64,000 nucleotides of DNA from a virus. Of this stretch, positions 41,846 through 51,677 are shown in pieces. The translations under genes and the position numbers were made by a program. The stretch covers positions 99,579-163,578 of the IMG/VR virus record IMGVR_UViG_3300012931_000015; one strand, given 5' to 3'. The notes under the pieces are model-generated. The model did not search any database, had not been told where the DNA came from, and saw nothing but the letters and a program-made list of their open reading frames with translations. How positions within the stretch are numbered: position 1 is the stretch's first letter; each line of letters begins with the position of its first letter.

Positions 41846-42472
41846 TCAATCAGTAATTTTTTTAATAATGCTAGATTTATTCAACATCGGGAGCAAAACG
41901 TGTGAGCAAATATATAGGGCATGTTTGTCCAGATATGGATAATGCTCAACATTCGTACTTTTTTTAGGTAAACGATTTGTATAATTAATTCCATATAATA
42001 AACCAAAAGCATGAGCAACCGCCATAACATTAAAAAAGTAGTCCATTTGACAGCCATTTCTTATATTACTTTCCGCTATCTGTATTCGTTCTTTTTGAGA
42101 GTATTTTTTACCTGTCTTAGCAATTATAGGACGCTTTAGACTTCCGGTACGCCAGCGAAATGCAGATCGTGTACCCATAGAAATATCTCTAAAAAGAAAA
42201 GTAACCGGATAATTATGTTTTTTTATATTGTCTATTTTTTGATATGATGTAGGTTCAGATATTACATTAAAAATTATCTTGGCTTCTCTGCCGTCTTGAA
42301 TCCAAGTTTTTTTAGAATAATCATAGTGATAGTTTTGACGCTTAGTTATGTAAATTGATTTGCAGTCGAGCTCGCTTCTCCAAAATTTATCATCGAATTT
42401 TTTATAGTACAAAAAACTCAATTGTAATATTTCTTGAAGATTAATATCCCCTTTTTTTAAATTTAATGCCAT
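41846..42472 (-). CDS. hypothetical late protein, degenerate SWIM-like C-terminus
   Basis: DYFF...A...G...P...N....YLDKH. Confidence 0.5.
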   Translation of the reverse strand: MALNLKKGDINLQEILQLSFLYYKKFDDKFWRSELDCKSIYITKRQNYHYDYSKKTWIQDGREAKIIFNVISEPTSYQKIDNIKKHNYPVTFLFRDISMGTRSAFRWRTGSLKRPIIAKTGKKYSQKERIQIAESNIRNGCQMDYFFNVMAVAHAFGLLYGINYTNRLPKKSTNVEHYPYLDKHALYICSHVLLPMLNKSSIIKKITD

Positions 42473-42486
42473 GTGGTTATTAGTAG

Positions 42487-44217
42487 TTAAGAATTATATT
42501 TAAAGACCATATTACCACAGTCCCAGATACGGTCATACTTATTTATTTGCATATTCTGCCATTCAGTTAAATTCTCATTATAGTTATCAAATAATTTTTT
42601 CAACTTGTGTTTCTGATATTTAATTCTTGACTCTAAATATAAATGATTCTTTGTATAAAAATAATTAGGTTTTGTGTTTTCTATGAACTGAAAATTATTA
42701 TTCAAATACAAATTACCTACACTATATCTTTTGTCTGCATAAGTTATGATAGATTTTGAATAATTATTAACAAAATACTTTAAACATTTGCTAAAACCTC
42801 CTATTACTGAATAAAAGGATTTAGAAGCATATCTTATTAATTCATATTCGTAATTTAAATTATATCTTGATTTTCCAAAAATTAAACCTAATACAATTTC
42901 ATTATTATGTTCTAAACAGATATAAACATTATTTTTATTTTTCACAAATCCTTGTAAATGATTATTTTCAAAAAAATCTTTTAAATTATTATCTGAATTT
43001 TTATACAATTTTAAAATACAATTTCTTGCATATATTTTATTTGTTAATAGCCCTAATTTACTTAGAACTATAGACTTTATTATGTTAGGCTTTTCAATCC
43101 ACTCATTCTCAAATACATGAATAAGCTGTATATTATTACTTTCAAAAAATTTACTCTTATTTAAATGATAATATTTATTTTTCTCACCCGACAATTCAGA
43201 GTGCCAATAGATGCCATTATATTCTATTCCAATGTTCTTGCTAGGAACAAATATATCTAACTCATATTCCTGCTTATCTGTTTTAAACCTTTTATGCTTT
43301 TCTATATTTATCACAGAAGATAACCAATCAGCTAATTCATTTTCACCCTTAGAAGAATTATAATCTTTAGGAAAGCAATCTAAACATCTTGGTAAAGTTC
43401 CATTATCTATTGTATCATAAAATTCTTTATTACACTTTAAACATAACCATTTGTAGTTTTTATCTTTAACTCCTTCATATTCATTTATATCAAATAAAGG
43501 TTTAACAAGCTCAAAATATTTTATTTTTTCTATAAAAAATTTTTTATATTGTGTTTTAGTAGCTTTTTCCAGTATTTCTTTATTTTGGGTAACATTTTTT
43601 ACACCATAGCGTTCAATGCAAGTTTGTTCTCTTTTTTCCTTATTACGATAATTTTCATCATTATATCGCTCTAATTTAGTTTTTTTGCATTTTTTTTTAA
43701 TTTTTTCTGATTGAAAAGAACATTCAACATTAAAATTTTTCTTCGTGGTTTCTTTAATTTTATTCTTTACTTCTTCTACTTGCCCTACATTTTCTACACC
43801 ATATTTTTTTAAAGTAGTTTCTTTACACTTTTCTCTATTATTGTTAAATTTTCCGTATCGTTCTATATGTGAATTTTTAATTTTTTGTTTAATTTCGTTA
43901 CTTTTTGAAGGATGATCCACATTATAAATAGTTAATAATTTTTCTTTAATCTTATCTTTTATTTCTTCAGACTGAAAAGGATTTTCTACTCCATACTTTT
44001 TTAAATTTGTATTCTTTGTTCGTTCTAAAACACAACTTCTATTATTGCATTCCATAGCATAGTAAAGTCTGCTGAATTTTCTTGTAATTACCGTATTGCA
44101 AGTATTATGTTTATAAGTTAAAACTTTATTTTCTTTATCTAATTTTATACAAGTATAATCTAAATTACTTTTAAAAAAACTATCAATTCTTTCACTTATA
44201 GAAATTCTTTTATTCAC
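42487..44217 (-). CDS. Hef-like endonuclease with KYGVEN repeats
   Basis: repeats, then ELDIFVP....IEYNGIYWHS, and C-terminal ELIRYA, GGFSK, TYAD.R.S.G.LY, IWDCG. Confidence 0.8.
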   Translation of the reverse strand: MNKRISISERIDSFFKSNLDYTCIKLDKENKVLTYKHNTCNTVITRKFSRLYYAMECNNRSCVLERTKNTNLKKYGVENPFQSEEIKDKIKEKLLTIYNVDHPSKSNEIKQKIKNSHIERYGKFNNNREKCKETTLKKYGVENVGQVEEVKNKIKETTKKNFNVECSFQSEKIKKKCKKTKLERYNDENYRNKEKREQTCIERYGVKNVTQNKEILEKATKTQYKKFFIEKIKYFELVKPLFDINEYEGVKDKNYKWLCLKCNKEFYDTIDNGTLPRCLDCFPKDYNSSKGENELADWLSSVINIEKHKRFKTDKQEYELDIFVPSKNIGIEYNGIYWHSELSGEKNKYYHLNKSKFFESNNIQLIHVFENEWIEKPNIIKSIVLSKLGLLTNKIYARNCILKLYKNSDNNLKDFFENNHLQGFVKNKNNVYICLEHNNEIVLGLIFGKSRYNLNYEYELIRYASKSFYSVIGGFSKCLKYFVNNYSKSIITYADKRYSVGNLYLNNNFQFIENTKPNYFYTKNHLYLESRIKYQKHKLKKLFDNYNENLTEWQNMQINKYDRIWDCGNMVFKYNS

Positions 44218-44250
44218 AAGTATAATCCTTATTTATTTTACTATTAACAA

Positions 44251-45102
44251 TTATAATTCAAAAATTATTAAATATTCTCCTTTAAAAATATTTTTGCTAC
44301 TTCTTTGAAAATGATTTAAATTATTTATACTTCCTAATTTTATTTCTTTAGTATATTTAAGATTTTCTTCTTTACATATTTTAACCATATCATATTTATA
44401 TTTATTATTTATTACAAAACTAAAATATTTATTACAATTAATTAAAGAATTTTTAACAGAAGCTCTCCACCATTTATTCAACCAATCAACATAATTGTTA
44501 TATAATATACTTGAAGTATTTTTGTTATTATATTCTTCAGTATTATAATAAGGAGGGCAGGTAAAAACTGCATCATATTTTTGATTTGGGATAAATTGAC
44601 TTGAATCTTTATTATAAAATATTTTATTCTTATTTGGAAAATCTAAATCATTAAATATAAAAATACAATTTTTATAAGTTCTTTCATCAACATCATTATA
44701 AATATAATTTATATTCATAGCCCCTAACAGTCTATGCCCCCAACCCCCACAAAAATCATAAATTGATTTTATATTATACTCTTCAATAAAAGCCTTAATC
44801 CAATAAGAACTAAAATGTGAAAAACTATTATGAATACCACTTATTTTAAACCCTCTTAAAATTTCTTTATCAGTTAAATCATATTCTGCTTTATTTAAAT
44901 ATTTTATTCTGTTTTCAATAATTTTTCGTCTAATAATAGGATCATTTTTATATAAATAATTTTCATATTCAAAAAAATGAGGCTGATAAGTTAAAATTAT
45001 TTTATTATTACAAGGATTTTTATTATAACTTCCTTTATTATTCTTCAATTTATTAAATTCTTTATTTATTTCTTTTTGAGAATATTTATATTCCAAACCC
45101 AT
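44251..45102 (-). CDS. amino-type (N4C/N6A) DNA methyltransferase
   Basis: SAM-binding YDFCGGWG.RL.G and catalytic FTCPPYY. Confidence 0.8.
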   Translation of the reverse strand: MGLEYKYSQKEINKEFNKLKNNKGSYNKNPCNNKIILTYQPHFFEYENYLYKNDPIIRRKIIENRIKYLNKAEYDLTDKEILRGFKISGIHNSFSHFSSYWIKAFIEEYNIKSIYDFCGGWGHRLLGAMNINYIYNDVDERTYKNCIFIFNDLDFPNKNKIFYNKDSSQFIPNQKYDAVFTCPPYYNTEEYNNKNTSSILYNNYVDWLNKWWRASVKNSLINCNKYFSFVINNKYKYDMVKICKEENLKYTKEIKLGSINNLNHFQRSSKNIFKGEYLIIFEL

Positions 45103-46496
45103 TATAAAACTCTTTTAATTTGAATTATTATATCATTTTCATCCTTAAAACTAAATATTTCTAAATATCTTAAATTATTCTCAATAGCTATTTTTCTTTT
45201 TAAAGGATCAAGAATAGTCCATACATATATAGCTTTTTCATAAAAAATTTTTCTTTTTCCTTTAAAATTTATTTCTTCAAGTTTTTGTGTATATTTTCTC
45301 AATATGTTCTGATGTTCTTCATTTTTAGAATTAAAAGCTTCTTTTCCGTGTGTCCAATTTCCTTGATACTCAATGAATAAATCTTGTGCAGGCAAATAAA
45401 AATCACAAGCGTAAGGATACCTTTTATCATCTCTATACTGTCTTTTTACTTCTTTAAAATTTCTAACTAAAATATCATATATATAGTCTTCTGATGAAGA
45501 AATATTAAAACTGTTGTTTTTCTTTTTTGTATTATATATTTTTTCTTGTACTTCTTTTGTTTGAGTAGGAAATTTAGTTCCATATCTTTCTAAATTTGTA
45601 TTATCTGCTTTTTCTTTAAATTCTTTTATTTGTAAAGCATATTCTTTACCATATTTACCCTTTATTATATTTCTCATTCTTTCTGAATTTTCAAATAAAC
45701 TTTTTACCCCATATTTATTTTCACAAGTATTTTCTTTTTTTATTTTTATATTTTCATTTTGGGATACATTTTCAACTCCATATTTTTCTCTTACAGTATC
45801 TTTTACTTTTTCTTTTATTTCTTCTGCTTGAAAAACATTTTCACATCCGTATTTTTCTAAGTTAGTTTGTTCTCTTTTTGCAATTGTTTCGGGTAAAGAA
45901 AGAGGATATTTTACTCCATACTTTTCTAAATTATTATTTTCTCTAATTTTTTTTATCTCTTTATTTTGCATAGAGTGTTCAACCCCGTACCTTTCTAAAT
46001 TTGTTTTAACAATTTTTTCCCTTATTTCTTCAGATTTTGAGGCATTATCTACTCCATATCTTTCAACACAAGTCTTTTTTCTCTTTTCAATTACATCTTT
46101 ATTTTGTAAACTATATTCTGTTCCATATTTTTCTAAGCAAGTTTCTTTCATTTTTTCTTTAATCTTTTCTGATTTTGCCGGATTATCAACACCAAATTTT
46201 TCTAAATTAACTTTTTTTATTTTGTCTTTAATTTCTTCTGATTGAAAAGCATTTACTACCCCGAATTTTTCTAAAACAACACTATTTCTTTTGCTCACAA
46301 TACAATCTTTATTATTACATCCTATTCTAACTTTAAAAAACAATAATTTCTTAATTAAGATTGTTCCACAATTTAAATGCTTATATGTAATAGTTTGTTT
46401 TTCCCAATCAATATTAATAAATTCATATTCTTTATTATTTACTTCATTTTGTTTAATGAAATGTTTTTTATAATCATCTTCTGTCCATTTTTTCAT
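45102..46496 (-). CDS. repeat-containing PD-(D/E)xK/Vsr-like endonuclease
   Basis: about ten KYGxxN..Q repeats, then CDFYLP..DLFIEYQG.WTHG. Confidence 0.8.
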   Translation of the reverse strand: MKKWTEDDYKKHFIKQNEVNNKEYEFINIDWEKQTITYKHLNCGTILIKKLLFFKVRIGCNNKDCIVSKRNSVVLEKFGVVNAFQSEEIKDKIKKVNLEKFGVDNPAKSEKIKEKMKETCLEKYGTEYSLQNKDVIEKRKKTCVERYGVDNASKSEEIREKIVKTNLERYGVEHSMQNKEIKKIRENNNLEKYGVKYPLSLPETIAKREQTNLEKYGCENVFQAEEIKEKVKDTVREKYGVENVSQNENIKIKKENTCENKYGVKSLFENSERMRNIIKGKYGKEYALQIKEFKEKADNTNLERYGTKFPTQTKEVQEKIYNTKKKNNSFNISSSEDYIYDILVRNFKEVKRQYRDDKRYPYACDFYLPAQDLFIEYQGNWTHGKEAFNSKNEEHQNILRKYTQKLEEINFKGKRKIFYEKAIYVWTILDPLKRKIAIENNLRYLEIFSFKDENDIIIQIKRVL

Positions 46497-46596
46497 TTAT
46501 AACGCTCCTTATGTATTAGTATAACATAAATAATTAAGTTAGCAATATAAATTTATAAAAAAATTAAAAATTTACTAAATTATTACAAAAAAGCAT

Positions 46597-46626
46597 AAAA
46601 AAAGCCCAATAATTGCTTATTGGGCT
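46597..46626 (-). terminator. rho-independent terminator after the capsid gene
   Basis: AGCCCAATAA-GCAA-TTATTGGGCT followed by a U-run. Confidence 0.85.
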
Positions 46627-46647
46627 GTATTTAATTAAGATTTACTC

Positions 46648-48105
46648 TTAATAATTTAAATTAGAAAGTGTCAACATTCTTATATATTTCTTCTCTACTA
46701 CTTTAGCATCGCCGAAATGTGCTAACGCACCTTCAGTTTTAAAGGTCTGAGGATAAGTAAGAGTACCTGCATCAAACATCTGAATCAAAGTTCCAAAAGT
46801 TATTGCTGAATCAGCTTCATTAGCTGGATTCTTATAGATACACATTATCTCATTATTTGCAACTAAGTTAGCATCAGCAGGACATTTATAAACCTCTGCT
46901 CTACCTATCTTACCTACTAAATGCAATCCAATCTCTGGCTGTGAATAATCATCAGTCCAAGTTTTATTGAATGACAAGTAAGTACAAGCACCCGGCCCCG
47001 CAACGATCTTGCTAATAGCACCACGTTTAAGGTCATTAAATATTGCGTTACCAGCTTTGTTAATATAACCAGTAACCATCTGTGCGTGTTCCCACTCAGA
47101 ATCAGCACCAGCGTTAGCAAAGTTAGTATCCATCATGATAGTAGTATTTGATTTTCCACACCATCTACCAAGCTGTACCGCTCTGTAATCTCTTGCTTTC
47201 ATCAACTCTTCCGCTACGGATTTGGTGAGAATTTCTTTCGCATCGCCAAGACCAGTAGTACCTATAATCAATTCAACAAGTTTTGTATAGCTGAATCCTA
47301 ACGGGCTAATTTTTGCTTCAAGTTTATGCTTAACAATATTAATTTTAGCCTGACCGAACTCATCATAGTTACCTGTATTTTCAGAATCCCAGTTATATTC
47401 AACCTGAATTGAAACGCCACTTGCAGGAGCAGTATCAAAAGTAACACTTACCGAACCACTTGAATAAACGATTGTAGAACTTGCAAGTAAAGTTGATTCA
47501 CTAAAAGCACCATCGCCATCATCAAGAGCTTCATAAGCACCATTAACAACTAAAATAACTGATTTTGTTCTTAACGGAGTAGTAGTCATAGTTGCAGTAA
47601 AAGTAACGGTTGAACCATCACCTGTACCTAAAGTCTGTAACTGTTTTTCCGAAGCGAAATATCTATCAGTTGATTCATAGTATTTTGTACCGTCTACGCT
47701 CGGTGATCTTGTAGGTGTACCGTCATAAACAGCATTTACAAAATAGAAAGTATCGTCAGTTGACAACATAGGAATTTCTCTAAAGATATTTCCTAAGTTA
47801 CTATTCGGAGCACTAAGTCTTATTACTTCCAAAACTTTTTCAGGAGTCAAGCTAAAACTAGATGAAATGCTTGTTTCTTTCATCAGGGCTTTCATGTGAT
47901 TTAACTGATTCTCCATATAAACAGCAGTTTTTCTTTTTTCAGAATCAGAAAGCTTATTCCAGTTCTCAAATAATCTAGGGTATTTCTTTTTCTCAACTGT
48001 TTCCCATTTATAGACTATTTCATCATATCTCTGCTCTCTTGATTTCTCGGCTAACATTGCCTGTTCCTGCAATTTGTCAGCACTTTCTCTCATTACTGTA
48101 CGCAT
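46648..48105 (-). CDS. major capsid protein (T4 gp23-like)
   Basis: N-terminal KW...TA..MENQ...LMKE, then IPM....F; downstream of protease/scaffold, with strong terminator. Confidence 0.88.
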   Translation of the reverse strand: MRTVMRESADKLQEQAMLAEKSREQRYDEIVYKWETVEKKKYPRLFENWNKLSDSEKRKTAVYMENQLNHMKALMKETSISSSFSLTPEKVLEVIRLSAPNSNLGNIFREIPMLSTDDTFYFVNAVYDGTPTRSPSVDGTKYYESTDRYFASEKQLQTLGTGDGSTVTFTATMTTTPLRTKSVILVVNGAYEALDDGDGAFSESTLLASSTIVYSSGSVSVTFDTAPASGVSIQVEYNWDSENTGNYDEFGQAKINIVKHKLEAKISPLGFSYTKLVELIIGTTGLGDAKEILTKSVAEELMKARDYRAVQLGRWCGKSNTTIMMDTNFANAGADSEWEHAQMVTGYINKAGNAIFNDLKRGAISKIVAGPGACTYLSFNKTWTDDYSQPEIGLHLVGKIGRAEVYKCPADANLVANNEIMCIYKNPANEADSAITFGTLIQMFDAGTLTYPQTFKTEGALAHFGDAKVVEKKYIRMLTLSNLNY

Positions 48106-48295
48106 ATTATTTTCCTCTTTTTATTTTTTCCATATTATTTTTTTATGAAAATCTTGTTATCGTATTTTTGATTTATCTTTTATCTGTAGGTTCTTCTGCA
48201 TGTCAATGCGAGAGGAAAGTAATTTTTTATTATTACTTTTATAAAATATGCTGTTACTATGTCAATAATAACAGCTTTTATTTAACTTAATATTT

Positions 48296-50221
48296 TTATT
48301 TAAATCCCATCTTTCCAATCCAGTTAGTGGATTTAGTAGATGCTTCGCTTATTTTTGAAAAATTTCTCTCTTTAAACTTAGAAACTTTTTTAGTGGACTC
48401 TTTTATCTCTTCTTCATCCTCTACTTCAATTTCATCTTCTTCAGTCATAGCTTCATCTTCATCATCAACTATTTCGTCTTCTTCGGTTATCCCATCTTTA
48501 TTTTCTTCGTCATCAATAACATCTTCTTCTTCAGAAATTAGTTTTACTTCTTTTAAAGACTTAATACCAAACTTTTTACACAAAGCACTTTCAGAGATTA
48601 TAGAATCGTCTTTATCTTCTTTTTCAGAGTCTTCCGCATCACCTTCTTCTTCTTTAACTTCTACTTCGTTTTTGTCTTTTGTTTCATCTTCTTTATCATT
48701 ATTTACAAGTTCCTGTTCTAATTTCAGGAGTTTTCGTCTTAATGTTTTAATTGACTCTTTTATATTTTCTTCATCTTCAGGTTTTTTCTCATCAGAAACT
48801 TCGTCAGTCTCTTCTTTTTTTACTTCGACTTCAGCGTCTTTTTTCTCATCTTCTTTGTTGTCTTCAGGTTTAACTTCCTCTTCCTCTTTAACTTTCGATT
48901 TAGCTTTTTTTGAAGCTTCCTGTTTTTTCTTAGCGATAGATGCCTTAACAGCTTTAATTGCTTCTTTAACAACAATCTCGTCTTCGTCAACAACATCTTC
49001 AACCGGAACAACCTCTGCACCTATTACGTCAGTCTCTTCGGTCATAGTTCCATTATCAGCCTCACCCTTAGTAACATCATTAGATTCTTCATCAGAACCT
49101 TCAATTTTTGTATTCTCATCTTCTTCTTTAATACTTTTTTTGATCTCTTTAAATACACTAAGAGATTTGTTATATTTTTTTCTCAAATCTTCAAGCATAT
49201 CCTCTGTCATTTCATCTTTCTTTTTAAAATTTTCTATAACAGTAGCCTGCTCCATGATTGTTCTATTTAAATTTTCAACTAAAATATCTATGGATTTATC
49301 AACCTGCTCAACTAAAGATTTAGCTTCAGTAGCTTCTAAAACTTCTTTTATATCTTCTTTAATCTGCAAAAGTTCATCTAAACCTTCTTTTTTATTCGGG
49401 TTTTTTACGGCTTCTTTTATAGCTTTTCTCTTACTTTCTTTATAATTTGCTAATTCTAACTTTTCAGCCATTTTGTTCGTCTCCTTAAAATTTACATTAT
49501 TATTAGTATTCACCTTTTCTGAAAGTGATATATCTTTTGACATTTTTATTTTATCGTTTTTATCTGTGGTTGTTGAAGGGGGAAGGGTTTTTGAGTTTTC
49601 TTTTACAATATTATCAGATGTAGCTCTAACTCCTTGTGAACTGTTATGTACCCAGTCAGCGAGATGGTCGAGGTCGAAAGAATCCCAACATATAACATCT
49701 ATACCTTCTTCTAAATCTTTGTAATTACTTAGTTCTTCTTCCCTGTATTCAAATTCTCCAAATCCGACTGTCGAAAATTCTATGAAATTTGCCCCTGCTT
49801 TTAAAGCATCTAAAAGTAATTTTCCATTTTCCCCAATTAAGTATAAATCTGCTTTACCTGTCTCTTCTCCTGCTTTAAAATTGTGCCAGATACCACAGGT
49901 GAGAAGCACGTTTTGAGAATCTTCTGCATGATTAGCAAAACAAGATGATCCTTCTGAAACACCTTCCTTTTGTATTCTTTCCCATAATTTTTTCGGGTAT
50001 AAACGCTTGTTGGCGTTAGGAACGTAACGGGTCACGTCAACGCCCTCTAAAACAGCTATTGCATCATACTTTTTACCTTCAGACTCTATTAATTTATTAT
50101 TTTTTTCAAGAATTCTTATATTATCAATATTACTAATTCTTAAAGGAAAACTTTCTATTAAAAGTTTTTTACCCTTTTGTTTAGCTATTTCTTCAAAATT
50201 TTTATACATCGTTTTCTCCAA
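48296..50221 (-). CDS. prohead protease (gp21-like) fused to acidic scaffold
   Basis: NANKRLYP, NH, FSTVGFG and DWV..SS, then ~400 aa of E/K/D-rich sequence; true start may be MYKNF. Confidence 0.8.
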   Translation of the reverse strand: MEKTMYKNFEEIAKQKGKKLLIESFPLRISNIDNIRILEKNNKLIESEGKKYDAIAVLEGVDVTRYVPNANKRLYPKKLWERIQKEGVSEGSSCFANHAEDSQNVLLTCGIWHNFKAGEETGKADLYLIGENGKLLLDALKAGANFIEFSTVGFGEFEYREEELSNYKDLEEGIDVICWDSFDLDHLADWVHNSSQGVRATSDNIVKENSKTLPPSTTTDKNDKIKMSKDISLSEKVNTNNNVNFKETNKMAEKLELANYKESKRKAIKEAVKNPNKKEGLDELLQIKEDIKEVLEATEAKSLVEQVDKSIDILVENLNRTIMEQATVIENFKKKDEMTEDMLEDLRKKYNKSLSVFKEIKKSIKEEDENTKIEGSDEESNDVTKGEADNGTMTEETDVIGAEVVPVEDVVDEDEIVVKEAIKAVKASIAKKKQEASKKAKSKVKEEEEVKPEDNKEDEKKDAEVEVKKEETDEVSDEKKPEDEENIKESIKTLRRKLLKLEQELVNNDKEDETKDKNEVEVKEEEGDAEDSEKEDKDDSIISESALCKKFGIKSLKEVKLISEEEDVIDDEENKDGITEEDEIVDDEDEAMTEEDEIEVEDEEEIKESTKKVSKFKERNFSKISEASTKSTNWIGKMGFK

Positions 50222-50259
50222 GTAATATTCTTTAATATTAGTATCAAAAATTATTTTAT

Positions 50260-51282
50260 TTATGTAAAATCAGCATAGTAAAACACAGGACTTTTTTCAT
50301 TTAAAGAATAAATTTTCCAACCTTTATAATTGTTCGTTTTACTTTTTTCATATAAAATATGTTGAAAACCACTCACTGATAATTTTTGTTCTTCACAAAA
50401 ATTTTTTAATCCATAATTAACTTCATACCTTTCATTATTAGGCGAAAAAATAATATAAGTTTCAGTAACTTTACTATTTTTACCTTTTTTTATATTTGAT
50501 AAATGCTCTCTTTGTTCTTTTGTCCAAACTCTTCTTCTATTTGCTTCTCTAATTTTTTCTTTAGCTTCTTCTGAATGTGTTTTACCGTACATACCATTAT
50601 TTTTTCCAAGTAAATTAGGACATTTTTTATTCTTTTTTGAAACTTTTTCTGTTTTTTTAGAATAAAATTTTACTTTTCCTTTTACACCCTCAAGCCAACC
50701 ACTATCTAAATAAGCTTGTAATTCTTCAGCACTAACTAACTTTCTTTCACTACCATTAAAAATCCATTTCAAACCTCTTCTACTATCGCCTGTTTTTGGA
50801 TTTTTTACTCCCTTTTTTGCTTCACTTAACCTTTTTCTGCCCTCTTCTGTAATAAAACTTTTTCCTTTATGTGATTCACTTAATTTAAGTCTAGTTTCTT
50901 TAGAAACTTTTCTATTAGAATTTGCTAAACCAATTTTTTTAAATATAAGCTCTCTATCAGGATGATGGGTAAAGTTATCTTGACCTTCCCCACCTGTTCC
51001 TATATTGTAGCCAACAGGTCTAAAACTATTTAATTCTTTTATCCAGTATCTCTCTTTTTCAATTAATTCTTCTTTAGTCACACAGTTTTCAATTATCTCT
51101 TTTTTAAAGTTTTCTTTTCCATGCTTTTTTATTGCATATTTAATTAATTTTCCAGAACCCCAATAATTCTCAAATTTTACACTTTTTGCATTTCTTTGTA
51201 AATTAAATTTTCCAACATAAATTTTATTATTGATTAGATTAGTTATTTTATAAATAACTCCAAATATTCCTTCATTATTCAA
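50260..51282 (-). CDS. GIY-YIG homing endonuclease with NUMOD3 repeats
   Basis: GVIYKITNLINNKIYVG, YWGSG, GYNI..GG, NGMYGKTHSEE. Confidence 0.9.
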   Translation of the reverse strand: MNNEGIFGVIYKITNLINNKIYVGKFNLQRNAKSVKFENYWGSGKLIKYAIKKHGKENFKKEIIENCVTKEELIEKERYWIKELNSFRPVGYNIGTGGEGQDNFTHHPDRELIFKKIGLANSNRKVSKETRLKLSESHKGKSFITEEGRKRLSEAKKGVKNPKTGDSRRGLKWIFNGSERKLVSAEELQAYLDSGWLEGVKGKVKFYSKKTEKVSKKNKKCPNLLGKNNGMYGKTHSEEAKEKIREANRRRVWTKEQREHLSNIKKGKNSKVTETYIIFSPNNERYEVNYGLKNFCEEQKLSVSGFQHILYEKSKTNNYKGWKIYSLNEKSPVFYYADFT

Positions 51283-51364
51283 CTTCCCGTCTCCCTAAAC
51301 AAAAACACAACCGCTATAACTCATAATCCCCTAAATCATATAAACCTTGATTTATTAAAGGTAT

Positions 51365-51661
51365 TCAAATTCTATTCCTTATCACTGTCGCAAAAGGAAC
51401 AATAAATAAATTTGTTGATAAGCCTTTACTATCTGTAGCTACACACTGATATTCTACAATTTTATTATGTTTTAAACTTCTTACTTCATAAAAATCAACA
51501 ACTTCATTAATTATACTGCTGCCTTGTTTAAATTTATCCCCTATTTTAACACCTTTTATTTCTTCAAAACTTTCCTTCATAACTACATAAATTACATCAC
51601 CTTTTTCAAGCTCAACATTTCCTATTTTTCTGTTTTCTTTAATTATAACTTTTTTTAACAT
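51365..51661 (-). CDS. putative internal head protein with shared tag
   Basis: MLKKVII...LEKGDVIYVVMKES. Confidence 0.65.
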   Translation of the reverse strand: MLKKVIIKENRKIGNVELEKGDVIYVVMKESFEEIKGVKIGDKFKQGSSIINEVVDFYEVRSLKHNKIVEYQCVATDSKGLSTNLFIVPFATVIRNRI

Positions 51662-51677
51662 TATTTTTTCCTTTATT

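Noticed and set aside
41846-42472. LKKGD at the N-terminus as a tenth copy of the tag
   Set aside because: Lacks the first strand and the I-Y/F-V ending; too partial to count
45500-46300. Periodic sequence resembling a repeat array
   Set aside because: Degenerate protein-level repeats inside an ORF; no identical repeat-spacer structure, so not CRISPR
48327-49445. 372-aa Ser-rich plus-strand ORF
   Set aside because: Antisense shadow of the Glu/Asp/Lys-rich scaffold (GAA/GAT codons read as TTC/TCT/TCA); no SD or promoter
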